Below are positions 30,508 through 37,795 of a stretch of 64,000 bases of DNA, one piece after another (within the stretch, counting starts at the first letter, position 1; the number at the start of each line of letters is the position of its first letter). The stretch covers positions 250,887 through 314,886 of the IMG/VR virus record IMGVR_UViG_3300025121_000282, one strand, 5' to 3'. The notes beneath the pieces are model-generated. The model had not been told where the DNA came from. It saw nothing but the letters and a program-made list of their open reading frames with translations, and did no database searches. The translations under genes and the position numbers were made by a program.

Positions 30508-31184
30508 AAACCAAACCACTTGACGTCAGGACTATTTATTGCAATAAGTTGGTTTTCCAAATTTTCCAAATTTTTGGTTTCGTCTTTGTATTTGGTTTCT
30601 CTGTCAAGTCTGTAGCCTACTATGCCCGCAGACATTGAATTACATTTGTGAATCAATACCACGTCTGAGTATTTATTTAAGGAGTCCTCTAGGGACTGGA
30701 TTATACGTCTAGACTTGTTGATACTCTCTTGGACTAGCCTAGACGCCTCTCCTACAACATTTTCTTTGGAATTTATGGCTGCGGAATTCAGCCATAAACT
30801 GATAGCACCCTCAAGAAGTGTTCTGTAATCTTTGTCTAAACACGTACCAATAAGTTTGGACAAGGACTTAACATTCGGTTTGTCTTCACCGGCCTTAAGT
30901 TTAGATTCACACGCTTTGTATGGGGTATTGTTTAAAAAAGCTAGTGCTAGATGGTGTTCTCGGAGAAGAGAAGAATTGGGAATTCTGGATCTTAAACCGT
31001 GAGATTTATTTTTAGATTTGTCCAACCTACGTTGAAGACGTGCAACCTCTGCAGCTCCATTTGGTTGTTTTAGTTGTTTACGACAACCACGTATAGTGTG
31101 TTTCAGAGCGTAGATTTCTGTTTTCAGAAGTCTACGCGTGCAGATTTTTTCTTTTAGGGACGACTTGAGTGCTATCTTATCCAT
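30504..31184 (-). CDS. Basic helical hypothetical protein, first gene of Pth2-like operon
   Basis: AAAGGA SD; LREHHLALAFLNNTPYKACE motif; Lys/Arg-rich N-terminal coiled coil. Confidence 0.7.
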   Translation of the reverse strand: MDKIALKSSLKEKICTRRLLKTEIYALKHTIRGCRKQLKQPNGAAEVARLQRRLDKSKNKSHGLRSRIPNSSLLREHHLALAFLNNTPYKACESKLKAGEDKPNVKSLSKLIGTCLDKDYRTLLEGAISLWLNSAAINSKENVVGEASRLVQESINKSRRIIQSLEDSLNKYSDVVLIHKCNSMSAGIVGYRLDRETKYKDETKNLENLENQLIAINSPDVKWFGL

Positions 31185-31201
31185 GGTCCAATTCCTTTTG
31201 T

Positions 31202-31245
31202 TTGATGATTTAGAAAGAAACGCAACATCTTTTCTAAATCATCAA
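31202..31245 (-). promoter_or_regulatory. 15-bp perfect RNA hairpin between leader ORF stop and downstream Shine-Dalgarno
   Basis: TTGATGATTTAGAAA (31202-31216) pairs with TTTCTAAATCATCAA (31231-31245); 14-nt loop; no U-tract follows on the minus strand. Confidence 0.85.
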
Positions 31246-31301
31246 GGAGGACCACGGGCTAGGTGCAGCTACATTTCGGAAGTGGGATAATTGATTCTCA
31301 T
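31242..31301 (-). CDS. Putative leader/arrest peptide MRINYPTSEM-(UAG)-LHLARGPP
   Basis: ATG AGA ATC AAT TAT CCC ACT TCC GAA ATG TAG CTG CAC CTA GCC CGT GGT CCT CCT TGA TGA; RGPP is a RAPP/RAGP-type arrest motif; below the ORF track cut-off. Confidence 0.65.
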
Positions 31302-31307
31302 ACTTTT

Positions 31308-31336
31308 AATTTAATCACCCCATTGGTCATTGTCAA
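31308..31336 (-). promoter_or_regulatory. Sigma70-type promoter TTGACA-17-TAAATT placing +1 at or next to the leader ATG (leaderless mRNA)
   Basis: -35 at 31336-31331, -10 at 31313-31308, 6 nt before ATG 31301; no SD in front of the leader. Confidence 0.65.
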
Positions 31337-31382
31337 GTAGCTGTTGTTCATCTTTGGTGCGGTCAGCGGGCTGTGGTATAAC

Positions 31383-32111
31383 TCACACCTCTATCAACAA
31401 TTTTGGGTTGAATTTTGGGTTTTCTGATTGACGGGCATACCCGAACGGGTTACATACGAACCGGGTCAGCCCTAGCGTTTTATCTGTCGAGTCGTGTGTA
31501 TGCCCGTAGACCCAGAGCTTCGGAGTCACCAAAGTACAGTCATCGATTCCTCCGACGAAAAACGCATTAAGTTTGCTACCCTGCCAACGTTCAGTCACCA
31601 GATCGTTGTGCGGGATCATATGGGTAACAACCACGTCTGTTTCCATGACATTCTTTTGGATCATGTCCACGTCTCGGCGTCCACGTTCATAGACCCACGG
31701 TTCGAATTTGCGAATAGTTGTGAAATCAGCCATTGAGTCGCGCCCAAACTTCTTGGTGTACTGCTCAGGTTCAGGGAACCAAAGTGTACCACCAATAAAT
31801 CGCCGCCCACTGATAGTTACAGGTTCGTCCCGGAGAAGATAGATGTTCCCAAATTGGGAACACATGGCAGCAATCTCGGCCTCGGCGACTGCAGCCACGG
31901 ACCCATAGAATTCATGATTGCCGAGGGTGTATACTACATTTGCATATTTCTTCGAGAACGTGGTCAGGATCGTCTTCAAAGACCCACCTTGAAGGACGCC
32001 CACGTCTCCCGCGAGAACAGCAATGTCCGCGTCTGCCAAATCAGCAACGAGGCTTTCACCGTGGTCCCGGTGGAATTCTGCGTGGAGATCAGAAACAATC
32101 AGCAGTTTCAA
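31383..32111 (-). CDS. Calcineurin-like metallophosphoesterase
   Basis: SDLH, AGD, GNHE, THMIP and YGHTH motifs. Confidence 0.9.
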   Translation of the reverse strand: MKLLIVSDLHAEFHRDHGESLVADLADADIAVLAGDVGVLQGGSLKTILTTFSKKYANVVYTLGNHEFYGSVAAVAEAEIAAMCSQFGNIYLLRDEPVTISGRRFIGGTLWFPEPEQYTKKFGRDSMADFTTIRKFEPWVYERGRRDVDMIQKNVMETDVVVTHMIPHNDLVTERWQGSKLNAFFVGGIDDCTLVTPKLWVYGHTHDSTDKTLGLTRFVCNPFGYARQSENPKFNPKLLIEV

Positions 32112-32213
32112 GGGGTGAATTTCCTTTTTGATTGCAGTACATAACCGGTCCCAATCTTTTTAAGGGAATAACCTATGGCCACTGACTCCAAGGGTATAAC
32201 TGAGTATTCGGTG

Positions 32214-32390
32214 TCAGTGTTGATATTTACCCTGCATCAAGAGTGCCACTTTCTGAACAAGCCCTACAACCGTAGGCGCATCTGACTCATTAAAATGTTT
32301 AGTAAGTAGTTCTTCTAGTCTTTTTGCCCCGTCTGGGAGGGACAGCATTTTAACAAGCATGTCCACTTTTTGTTCGTGTGTATAAGTCAT
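32214..32390 (-). CDS. Small hypothetical protein (58 aa, MTYTHEQKVDMLVKMLSLP...)
   Basis: Translated by hand; ATGA overlap with the stop of 32387-32596. Confidence 0.5.
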   Translation of the reverse strand: MTYTHEQKVDMLVKMLSLPDGAKRLEELLTKHFNESDAPTVVGLVQKVALLMQGKYQH

Positions 32391-32596
32391 TTGTTGGTGT
32401 TAAGCAGTTCTTGCATTTGTTGACGAATCTCAGATTTGGCCATCTGCTTTGCAACATAGTGTGTCATATTGGTCGGTACCGCGTCAACAGATAACACTCC
32501 TTTGATCATTTTTATTGCCCCTGCAATTGCCTGTGCAGAATCCGGGTTGTATTCCCCATCTAAAACCACCAATAGACTTGCTGAGGGGTTGGCCAC
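32387..32596 (-). CDS. Small hypothetical protein
   Basis: AGGAG SD, GTG start; AIKMIKGVLSV. Confidence 0.6.
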   Translation of the reverse strand: MANPSASLLVVLDGEYNPDSAQAIAGAIKMIKGVLSVDAVPTNMTHYVAKQMAKSEIRQQMQELLNTNK

Positions 32597-32727
32597 TGTT
32601 GCTGCTCCTAAATTAGTTGAGAACTTTGTTAATTATACACTGTTAGTCACAAACTGCTAAAACCTGATTTATTAGATTTAAATCAGTAACATCGTAGTAG
32701 GCAGCAACAAACAAAATGTCACGTAAT

Positions 32728-33000
32728 TTAGACAGAGTCTATAGCACCAAAAAACCGTTTATCTTCGTTTTGTTGCATTTCTGCGGTTACTGCATACCAG
32801 CCCCTAATCAGTACAACCTCACCTCTGTGAGTTCTCCTGTAGCCACCAGAGAAGATGTGACCGCAGTGGGTGCACTTATTGCCACCCTTATACTCGGAGT
32901 TCAGGGTACCGCACACAGAACAGTACACAATTGATAATTGCTCTATGTACTTCCTAAGGGAGGTTTGGTAGTCCTTTAGTTTCTTGCGCCACCGTCTCAT
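32728..33000 (-). CDS. Small CxxC...CxxC zinc-finger protein
   Basis: CSVCG...CTHCG; GAGG SD. Confidence 0.55.
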   Translation of the reverse strand: MRRWRKKLKDYQTSLRKYIEQLSIVYCSVCGTLNSEYKGGNKCTHCGHIFSGGYRRTHRGEVVLIRGWYAVTAEMQQNEDKRFFGAIDSV

Positions 33001-33023
33001 TTAACCCTCAGTGCGAAAATTCT

Positions 33024-33395
33024 TTACGTGGATGCGGACTTAATTTTGGTAGCTTCGATAAAGTCTATTTCTGTTCTCTCTATTCGTATAACTGGCACGC
33101 GCTGCTCTATTAGTTTGCCTACTGTGTAGGGGTCATACGGGACCAATGAAACAGCCTTACCAGCGTTGTCAAATTCTACTACAACATTTAGTCCACCAAA
33201 TGTTGGATTTAGCCACACTTCAGATTCGTATAAATGGTCGTACACGAAAAAGTGACTCGCATTGTGGATAGTAAGTGGCCTGTCCGATTTTGCACCCTTG
33301 GTTTGGACTAGAACGTGTGCTGTTCTACCTTTCTTACTGCCACAATGCTCACATTTACCAAAATTTTTGGAAGTGAGAAGCTTGTGATCCGTCAT
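33024..33395 (-). CDS. Hypothetical protein
   Basis: ATGA-coupled to upstream ORF; CEHC motif. Confidence 0.55.
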   Translation of the reverse strand: MTDHKLLTSKNFGKCEHCGSKKGRTAHVLVQTKGAKSDRPLTIHNASHFFVYDHLYESEVWLNPTFGGLNVVVEFDNAGKAVSLVPYDPYTVGKLIEQRVPVIRIERTEIDFIEATKIKSAST

Positions 33396-33700
33396 ATAAT
33401 AATCCTTACGGTAATGTCCGACTTAGCCAGCGGGTGTATTGGGTTTTTGGTAGGCACTATCACCGTGTCATTTAGCCATAAGATGGCTTCTGCGTGGCTT
33501 AAGTGTTGAGTTTCTGATGTTTTGTCAACTAAAGTCCAGAACTCTTCTTCTGGTATAACTATTTCTTCTAGTAGGCCGCAATACCCAGCAAAATTCATCC
33601 TGGTTTGCATAGCCCAAGCCAAACTAAAATAAAGTTTAGTTTTACCCTCAACTGTGAGCATGCGCTCACAAAGGGTGTCTATCTTTTGCATGTGTGTCAT
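33392..33700 (-). CDS. Hypothetical protein
   Basis: AAGGA SD directly after the tRNA. Confidence 0.55.
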   Translation of the reverse strand: MTHMQKIDTLCERMLTVEGKTKLYFSLAWAMQTRMNFAGYCGLLEEIVIPEEEFWTLVDKTSETQHLSHAEAILWLNDTVIVPTKNPIHPLAKSDITVRIII

Positions 33701-33715
33701 ACATAGTCCTTTCGG

Positions 33716-33788
33716 TGCTCGCCCAGGGACTCGAACCCTGACCTGATCGATTTAGAGTCGACCCGCCTTGACATTTGGCCACACGAGC
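33716..33788 (-). tRNA. Amber suppressor tRNA, anticodon CUA (amino-acid identity unknown; CCA not encoded)
   Basis: GCTCGTG TG GCC AAATGTCAA GGC G GGTCGA CTCTAAA TCGATC AGGT CAGGG TTCGAGT CCCTG GGCGAGC A (then CCG): cloverleaf with canonical T-arm and CTCTAAA anticodon loop. Confidence 0.85.
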
Positions 33789-33791
33789 GTG

Positions 33792-35327
33792 TTACTGTCT
33801 AAATAACACAAACTTTTTCTTTTCTTTACCAAACACTTTTACGTACCCTTTTGATTCAGCAAACTCCTTCTCTGTCATATGGCATCCAACGGCATGGTTG
33901 TATAAAGTCTTTTTGTGCATCATCCAACCAGTCGTGTCTACGTACACATAATCAGGCTTGGTAGTGGAAACATGTTCCCAATTTGAAGCTTGGTAGACGA
34001 TGCCCTCATGGCCCACGGTAGTATCGGCAAACGAAACTATTGCCTTGGTTTCTGGAAATTGGTCCCAGAAGTGTTTGGCCGATCTTGCTAAAAACCAAGA
34101 CCCGAAATTAGGCTTGTGGCAGTCTGTTCTGATACAAAGTCTATCCAACTCCGACACTGTTTTTGGAGTAAGTCCTACTGAGGTGGACACCTCTTTTCTA
34201 ACAACAGGAGCGAACTTTGCCACTGCTATTAATTGGCCATCCAAGTAAGCCCCAAACATAAACTTTGCTTTACGACCACACTGGGCATAGTGCCAAGCTC
34301 TTAAAAATCTGTTACCCTCAGAGTGCTCTATAGGCTTGACAATTAATTGGTTAAACTCGAATTCAGTTATTTTGGACTCGCTGACACCAATTACAGACTG
34401 AATTTTATCTTGAACCAAATCAGGTATTAAAGTCTCATGCTCTTCTATACACAAAAGTAGTGAATCAGGGTTTGCAATTCTAAGATATGCTGATTTAGCA
34501 ACGTCCCGCCTTTGGTTATTCGGAAGGTTGTGCCAATAATCACCTTGTACTTCAATGTATATATTAAAATCCGATAAATACAGGTCAAAATTATACGGAC
34601 CCACAGATTTTTCTCTGGTGTATTTTATCTCAAGCAGGTCTAATACATCAGAAACCACTTTTTCAGGTTTAGACTGTCTGCCTGACCTAGAAAAGGCCTC
34701 TATACCAGCAGCTATTTTAGCCCTGTACTCTGGATTTTTAAATCTTTCTTTTGCCAATTCACTGTGTATCTTTTTGTATTCTGGGTTCTGGATTGCCAAG
34801 TCATGGTTAGCTCTCGCCTCAGGCGTGTGCATTACTGACACTTTTTCCCTGAAGTATTTGTCTGGGTCGGCTTTATAATCCGCCTTGTTTCGTTCCGACA
34901 CCAGCTGTTTATGCTGGTCTGACTGAAACATCTTGGTAATGCGGTCTTGCTGAAACTCCCTAAAATCTGGGTCTTCCCAAGCCTGTTTAGCTTGCTTAGA
35001 CCTTTGGGCTCTGCCATCTTCAGAATTGGCTATGGCACCCAATATTTTTGACTGGTTGCTGACGTACTCTGGATTCGCCCAGGCTTGCTTGGATTGCTTA
35101 GACCTCTGAGCTTTTCCTTGAGGACTCTTAGCTCTGCACGGGGAACACCAGTATTCCCCGCGTTTTCTCAGAGTTCTATTTACAATAGACCTCTGATTGC
35201 ATACAGACCTACCACAACACTGATAGACTACCCACCCTCTTTGTTTAGGGGTGGGTAATCTATACCCAAAGTCTATTTCGTTGTGCTCTTGGTCGGAAAT
35301 TTGTGCGTACAGTGTTGCTATATCCAT
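33792..35327 (-). CDS. PD-(D/E)XK (Vsr/DUF559-like) endonuclease fused to C-terminal Mom/Hef-like GNAT domain, N-terminal NUMOD3-like repeats
   Basis: SKPEK...YNFDLYL...IEVQGDYWH; FLRAWHY...ELDRLC...SFADTTVGHEGIVYQASNW; AQRSKQ-x-KQAW-x-x-P repeats. Confidence 0.7.
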   Translation of the reverse strand: MDIATLYAQISDQEHNEIDFGYRLPTPKQRGWVVYQCCGRSVCNQRSIVNRTLRKRGEYWCSPCRAKSPQGKAQRSKQSKQAWANPEYVSNQSKILGAIANSEDGRAQRSKQAKQAWEDPDFREFQQDRITKMFQSDQHKQLVSERNKADYKADPDKYFREKVSVMHTPEARANHDLAIQNPEYKKIHSELAKERFKNPEYRAKIAAGIEAFSRSGRQSKPEKVVSDVLDLLEIKYTREKSVGPYNFDLYLSDFNIYIEVQGDYWHNLPNNQRRDVAKSAYLRIANPDSLLLCIEEHETLIPDLVQDKIQSVIGVSESKITEFEFNQLIVKPIEHSEGNRFLRAWHYAQCGRKAKFMFGAYLDGQLIAVAKFAPVVRKEVSTSVGLTPKTVSELDRLCIRTDCHKPNFGSWFLARSAKHFWDQFPETKAIVSFADTTVGHEGIVYQASNWEHVSTTKPDYVYVDTTGWMMHKKTLYNHAVGCHMTEKEFAESKGYVKVFGKEKKKFVLFRQ

Positions 35328-35369
35328 ATATAACTATACAACCGTAACTATACGCTTTCGCAGTTACAT

Positions 35370-37793
35370 CTAACCCAAGTACACGTAGTCATCATGGAGA
35401 GCGCTGGTACCAACCATCACCACGGGAAGTCCTGAGCAATTTTCCAGCATATCAATAAACGCTCTGGTTTCAGAGCTAAACTTGACTAATGCCTCTTTGC
35501 CCCCGCGCAGACCGACGTCGATGTGGTTGATTTGATTCACAAAATTCAGTACAAGCTTGGTTGCACCGCAGGTTCTAGCAGCGTCCTTAAGCCCAATTTG
35601 GGAGAATGTCCCTACGCGTCGAATGCGCTTAGTAACCGTGGTTCGCTCGCGTTCCGCCAACATTTTTGCCTCTTCCTCTGGCATGTTGGCTCTCTTTGCT
35701 ATCTCATCCCAGGTCAATTCCTGTTGGTCGGGGTACCACCCTCCAGAATTCCCCAGTTCTTTGCCAGACTCGTCATACACGTTTCCAACCCTAATTGGGT
35801 GCGACCTTAAGTTTAAGTAGACGTCGCCCACCATGTTTGGGGGAATGGCCATATAGTCCATGGCTGCCTGAACTGTGCAGTTTCTAGAAGTGCAGTTTGG
35901 ATAGTGTGAGCCGTGGTCAATACTCAGTGCATAGCCCTGGCTTCCTTCATGGAGCCAGTAGTCACCCTTACTGATGATTTTGTGGGTGGCATCACGAAAT
36001 GCCATGCCGTTGGTGATTTGAATGTTTCCAGGGAGGTCTATTGGTGCTGGTGTGTTACCAACCAGGGGCACATTCTGCTTCCGTAAAACCTTATCAGCCA
36101 GGGCGGTCCCGGAACCCTGCATAGTGGAGGCTAGGTGCTTGGTGCTTTCTGCTCCCTCACGCTCTCGTGCAGCGTGGTCCTCGGTTACAATACCTGCACG
36201 ATCATGAACATAAAGGTCTGGTCCACCACACTCCTCATACTCCTTGATGAACTGTTCCCAACGAAAAGATGAACCGGGAGAAATCCATCCAGCAACCTCA
36301 CGGCCAAGTGCTTTCTTCAGACCGCATGCGGTGGGCAGAGCCTTGGCTACAAACTTCCCATCTTTCAAATTCGGGTGAGCAATAGTGTTGTGTGAAATAG
36401 CACCATTGGCTAGATAACTGTGGGTTTGGGGCATGGTTACATCAAAAACCCGTTCTTCCCCAATTGCCAAATTGACTTCTTTGATGTCTACTACATGATA
36501 GTCCTCGGCCAATTTAACTAAGCCGGTAAATCCAGCCGCTCGGAGTGTGGCGGCATTGCGTAAAACATACGCACCTGCGATGGCTCCATTCTCAGTTGAA
36601 TTCGTGCTGTGTGCAGCTTTGCGTATTTGAATCAAACGGTTATAATTGAGATTGATGAGAGAGCCTTGAGACCAATCAGCATCGTATGTGGCTATTTCCA
36701 CATTTAATCTAGCCGACTTGACCTCTGAAAGAAAACCTACTCGCTCACGAAAAAGGGTTAAATTTTCCAAACCCGCCATCTCAATTTGATGTGATCGACT
36801 GCGAGAAGGTCGCTTGTCCTGGTAGGACCGGTAAGTGGAATTAATACCCAACAACAATAATAACTGTTGGGCCATCAGCACCACATCTTTTGAAATGTTG
36901 CCAAAAGAAACCCTTCGCTTTTTGGCCGACCCATCCGAGTCAAACAGACCCCGCAGAAATGCTCCAATTATTTCAGGGGTGCCCACAGTGACAGCAGTCG
37001 GTATCTCTTTTTCGGCTTTAGTAGCTAGCTTCAACCCCACTTGTTCAAAGATCTGGCGAAGTTCGGAAATACTGCAGGTTTCCAGAACGTGGCACTGTTT
37101 GTCTTTTACCTTGTAAACATTCCATGGGATGCCGATGCCATCGTAAAATTTTTGAGTCTTGCAGCAAACATCCATCTGGTCAGAGTGGAACGCTATGCTA
37201 ACATTTGCCTTTTTGGGACTGTAACACCCATCACCAACCAACAGCCCCAGGTATTCAGCCATTAATAATTCGTCTGGTTTATTTGTCAGTGCGGTTCCAT
37301 TCGCTCTGTGTATCAGGGATAACATGTCTATAGGTAGACTGGTTCCCACCCAGTTAGTCTTTTTAGGAAATAAAAACTGGTGTACTCCAGGTACTAAATC
37401 CATTGACCGTATCCACTGTGGGGCGTTTTCAGTGGGGTCCCAAACATAGTACTGATGTATGTCAGTACATTTGTACTCAATGCCATTCTTGAGTTTGATT
37501 TTGTTGACTACTCTAACCCCGTCATCAACCAAATCTGTAGGCGACTCCCAACAGCCGTCCATGTTGAGAAGCTGCAGACCCTTTTGGTTCTGAGTGACAA
37601 TATCCCCAAGCTTTTTTAATCCCCGGTCAGTGGGGATTATGGCGTCAAAAGTTTGACAGTGGCCTGCATTGGGATAGTTGGCAGAAGACACATTTCGGAC
37701 ATTGAAAATATCCACCAAACGAGACGACAAAGCTCCCTTACCTGAGCTACCCCAGGCTTGGTCGAGGACAACATTGAACTTTCCAGGCTGCAT
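35370..37793 (-). CDS. purZ: PurZ-type adenylosuccinate synthetase homologue (2-aminoadenine pathway), intein-containing; about 383 aa after splicing
   Basis: GSSGKG (Ser where PurA has catalytic Asp in GDEGKG), PNAGH|T, EGSQG, CTSRNCT, HPIRVG, SGGWYPDQQELTW, TTVTKRIRRV, LNFVN in place of PurA TKLD. Confidence 0.85.
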   Translation of the reverse strand: MQPGKFNVVLDQAWGSSGKGALSSRLVDIFNVRNVSSANYPNAGHCQTFDAIIPTDRGLKKLGDIVTQNQKGLQLLNMDGCWESPTDLVDDGVRVVNKIKLKNGIEYKCTDIHQYYVWDPTENAPQWIRSMDLVPGVHQFLFPKKTNWVGTSLPIDMLSLIHRANGTALTNKPDELLMAEYLGLLVGDGCYSPKKANVSIAFHSDQMDVCCKTQKFYDGIGIPWNVYKVKDKQCHVLETCSISELRQIFEQVGLKLATKAEKEIPTAVTVGTPEIIGAFLRGLFDSDGSAKKRRVSFGNISKDVVLMAQQLLLLLGINSTYRSYQDKRPSRSRSHQIEMAGLENLTLFRERVGFLSEVKSARLNVEIATYDADWSQGSLINLNYNRLIQIRKAAHSTNSTENGAIAGAYVLRNAATLRAAGFTGLVKLAEDYHVVDIKEVNLAIGEERVFDVTMPQTHSYLANGAISHNTIAHPNLKDGKFVAKALPTACGLKKALGREVAGWISPGSSFRWEQFIKEYEECGGPDLYVHDRAGIVTEDHAAREREGAESTKHLASTMQGSGTALADKVLRKQNVPLVGNTPAPIDLPGNIQITNGMAFRDATHKIISKGDYWLHEGSQGYALSIDHGSHYPNCTSRNCTVQAAMDYMAIPPNMVGDVYLNLRSHPIRVGNVYDESGKELGNSGGWYPDQQELTWDEIAKRANMPEEEAKMLAERERTTVTKRIRRVGTFSQIGLKDAARTCGATKLVLNFVNQINHIDVGLRGGKEALVKFSSETRAFIDMLENCSGLPVVMVGTSALHDDYVYLG
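36387..37658 (-). mobile_element. Intein (424 aa) with LAGLIDADG homing endonuclease
   Basis: Starts CQTFDA (Cys1), block B CTDIH, LAGLIDADG-like YLGLLVGDG and FLRGLFDSDG, ends VFDVTM..HSYLANGAISHN followed by Thr(+1). Confidence 0.92.
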
Positions 37794-37795
37794 GA

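Noticed and set aside
31202-31245. Simple intrinsic terminator
   Set aside because: AT-rich stem with no U-tract downstream on the minus strand and positioned between a promoter and an SD; more consistent with translational control, though termination of plus-strand transcripts is not excluded
33716-33788. Calling the tRNA tRNA-Pyl
   Set aside because: Shares the 6-bp anticodon stem and loop but has two bases between acceptor and D stems, a canonical T-loop, a larger D-loop and A73; no pyl genes seen
35370-37793. Ordinary PurA auxiliary metabolic gene
   Set aside because: Lacks the catalytic Asp of GDEGKG and the TKLD GTP-specificity loop; motifs fit PurZ
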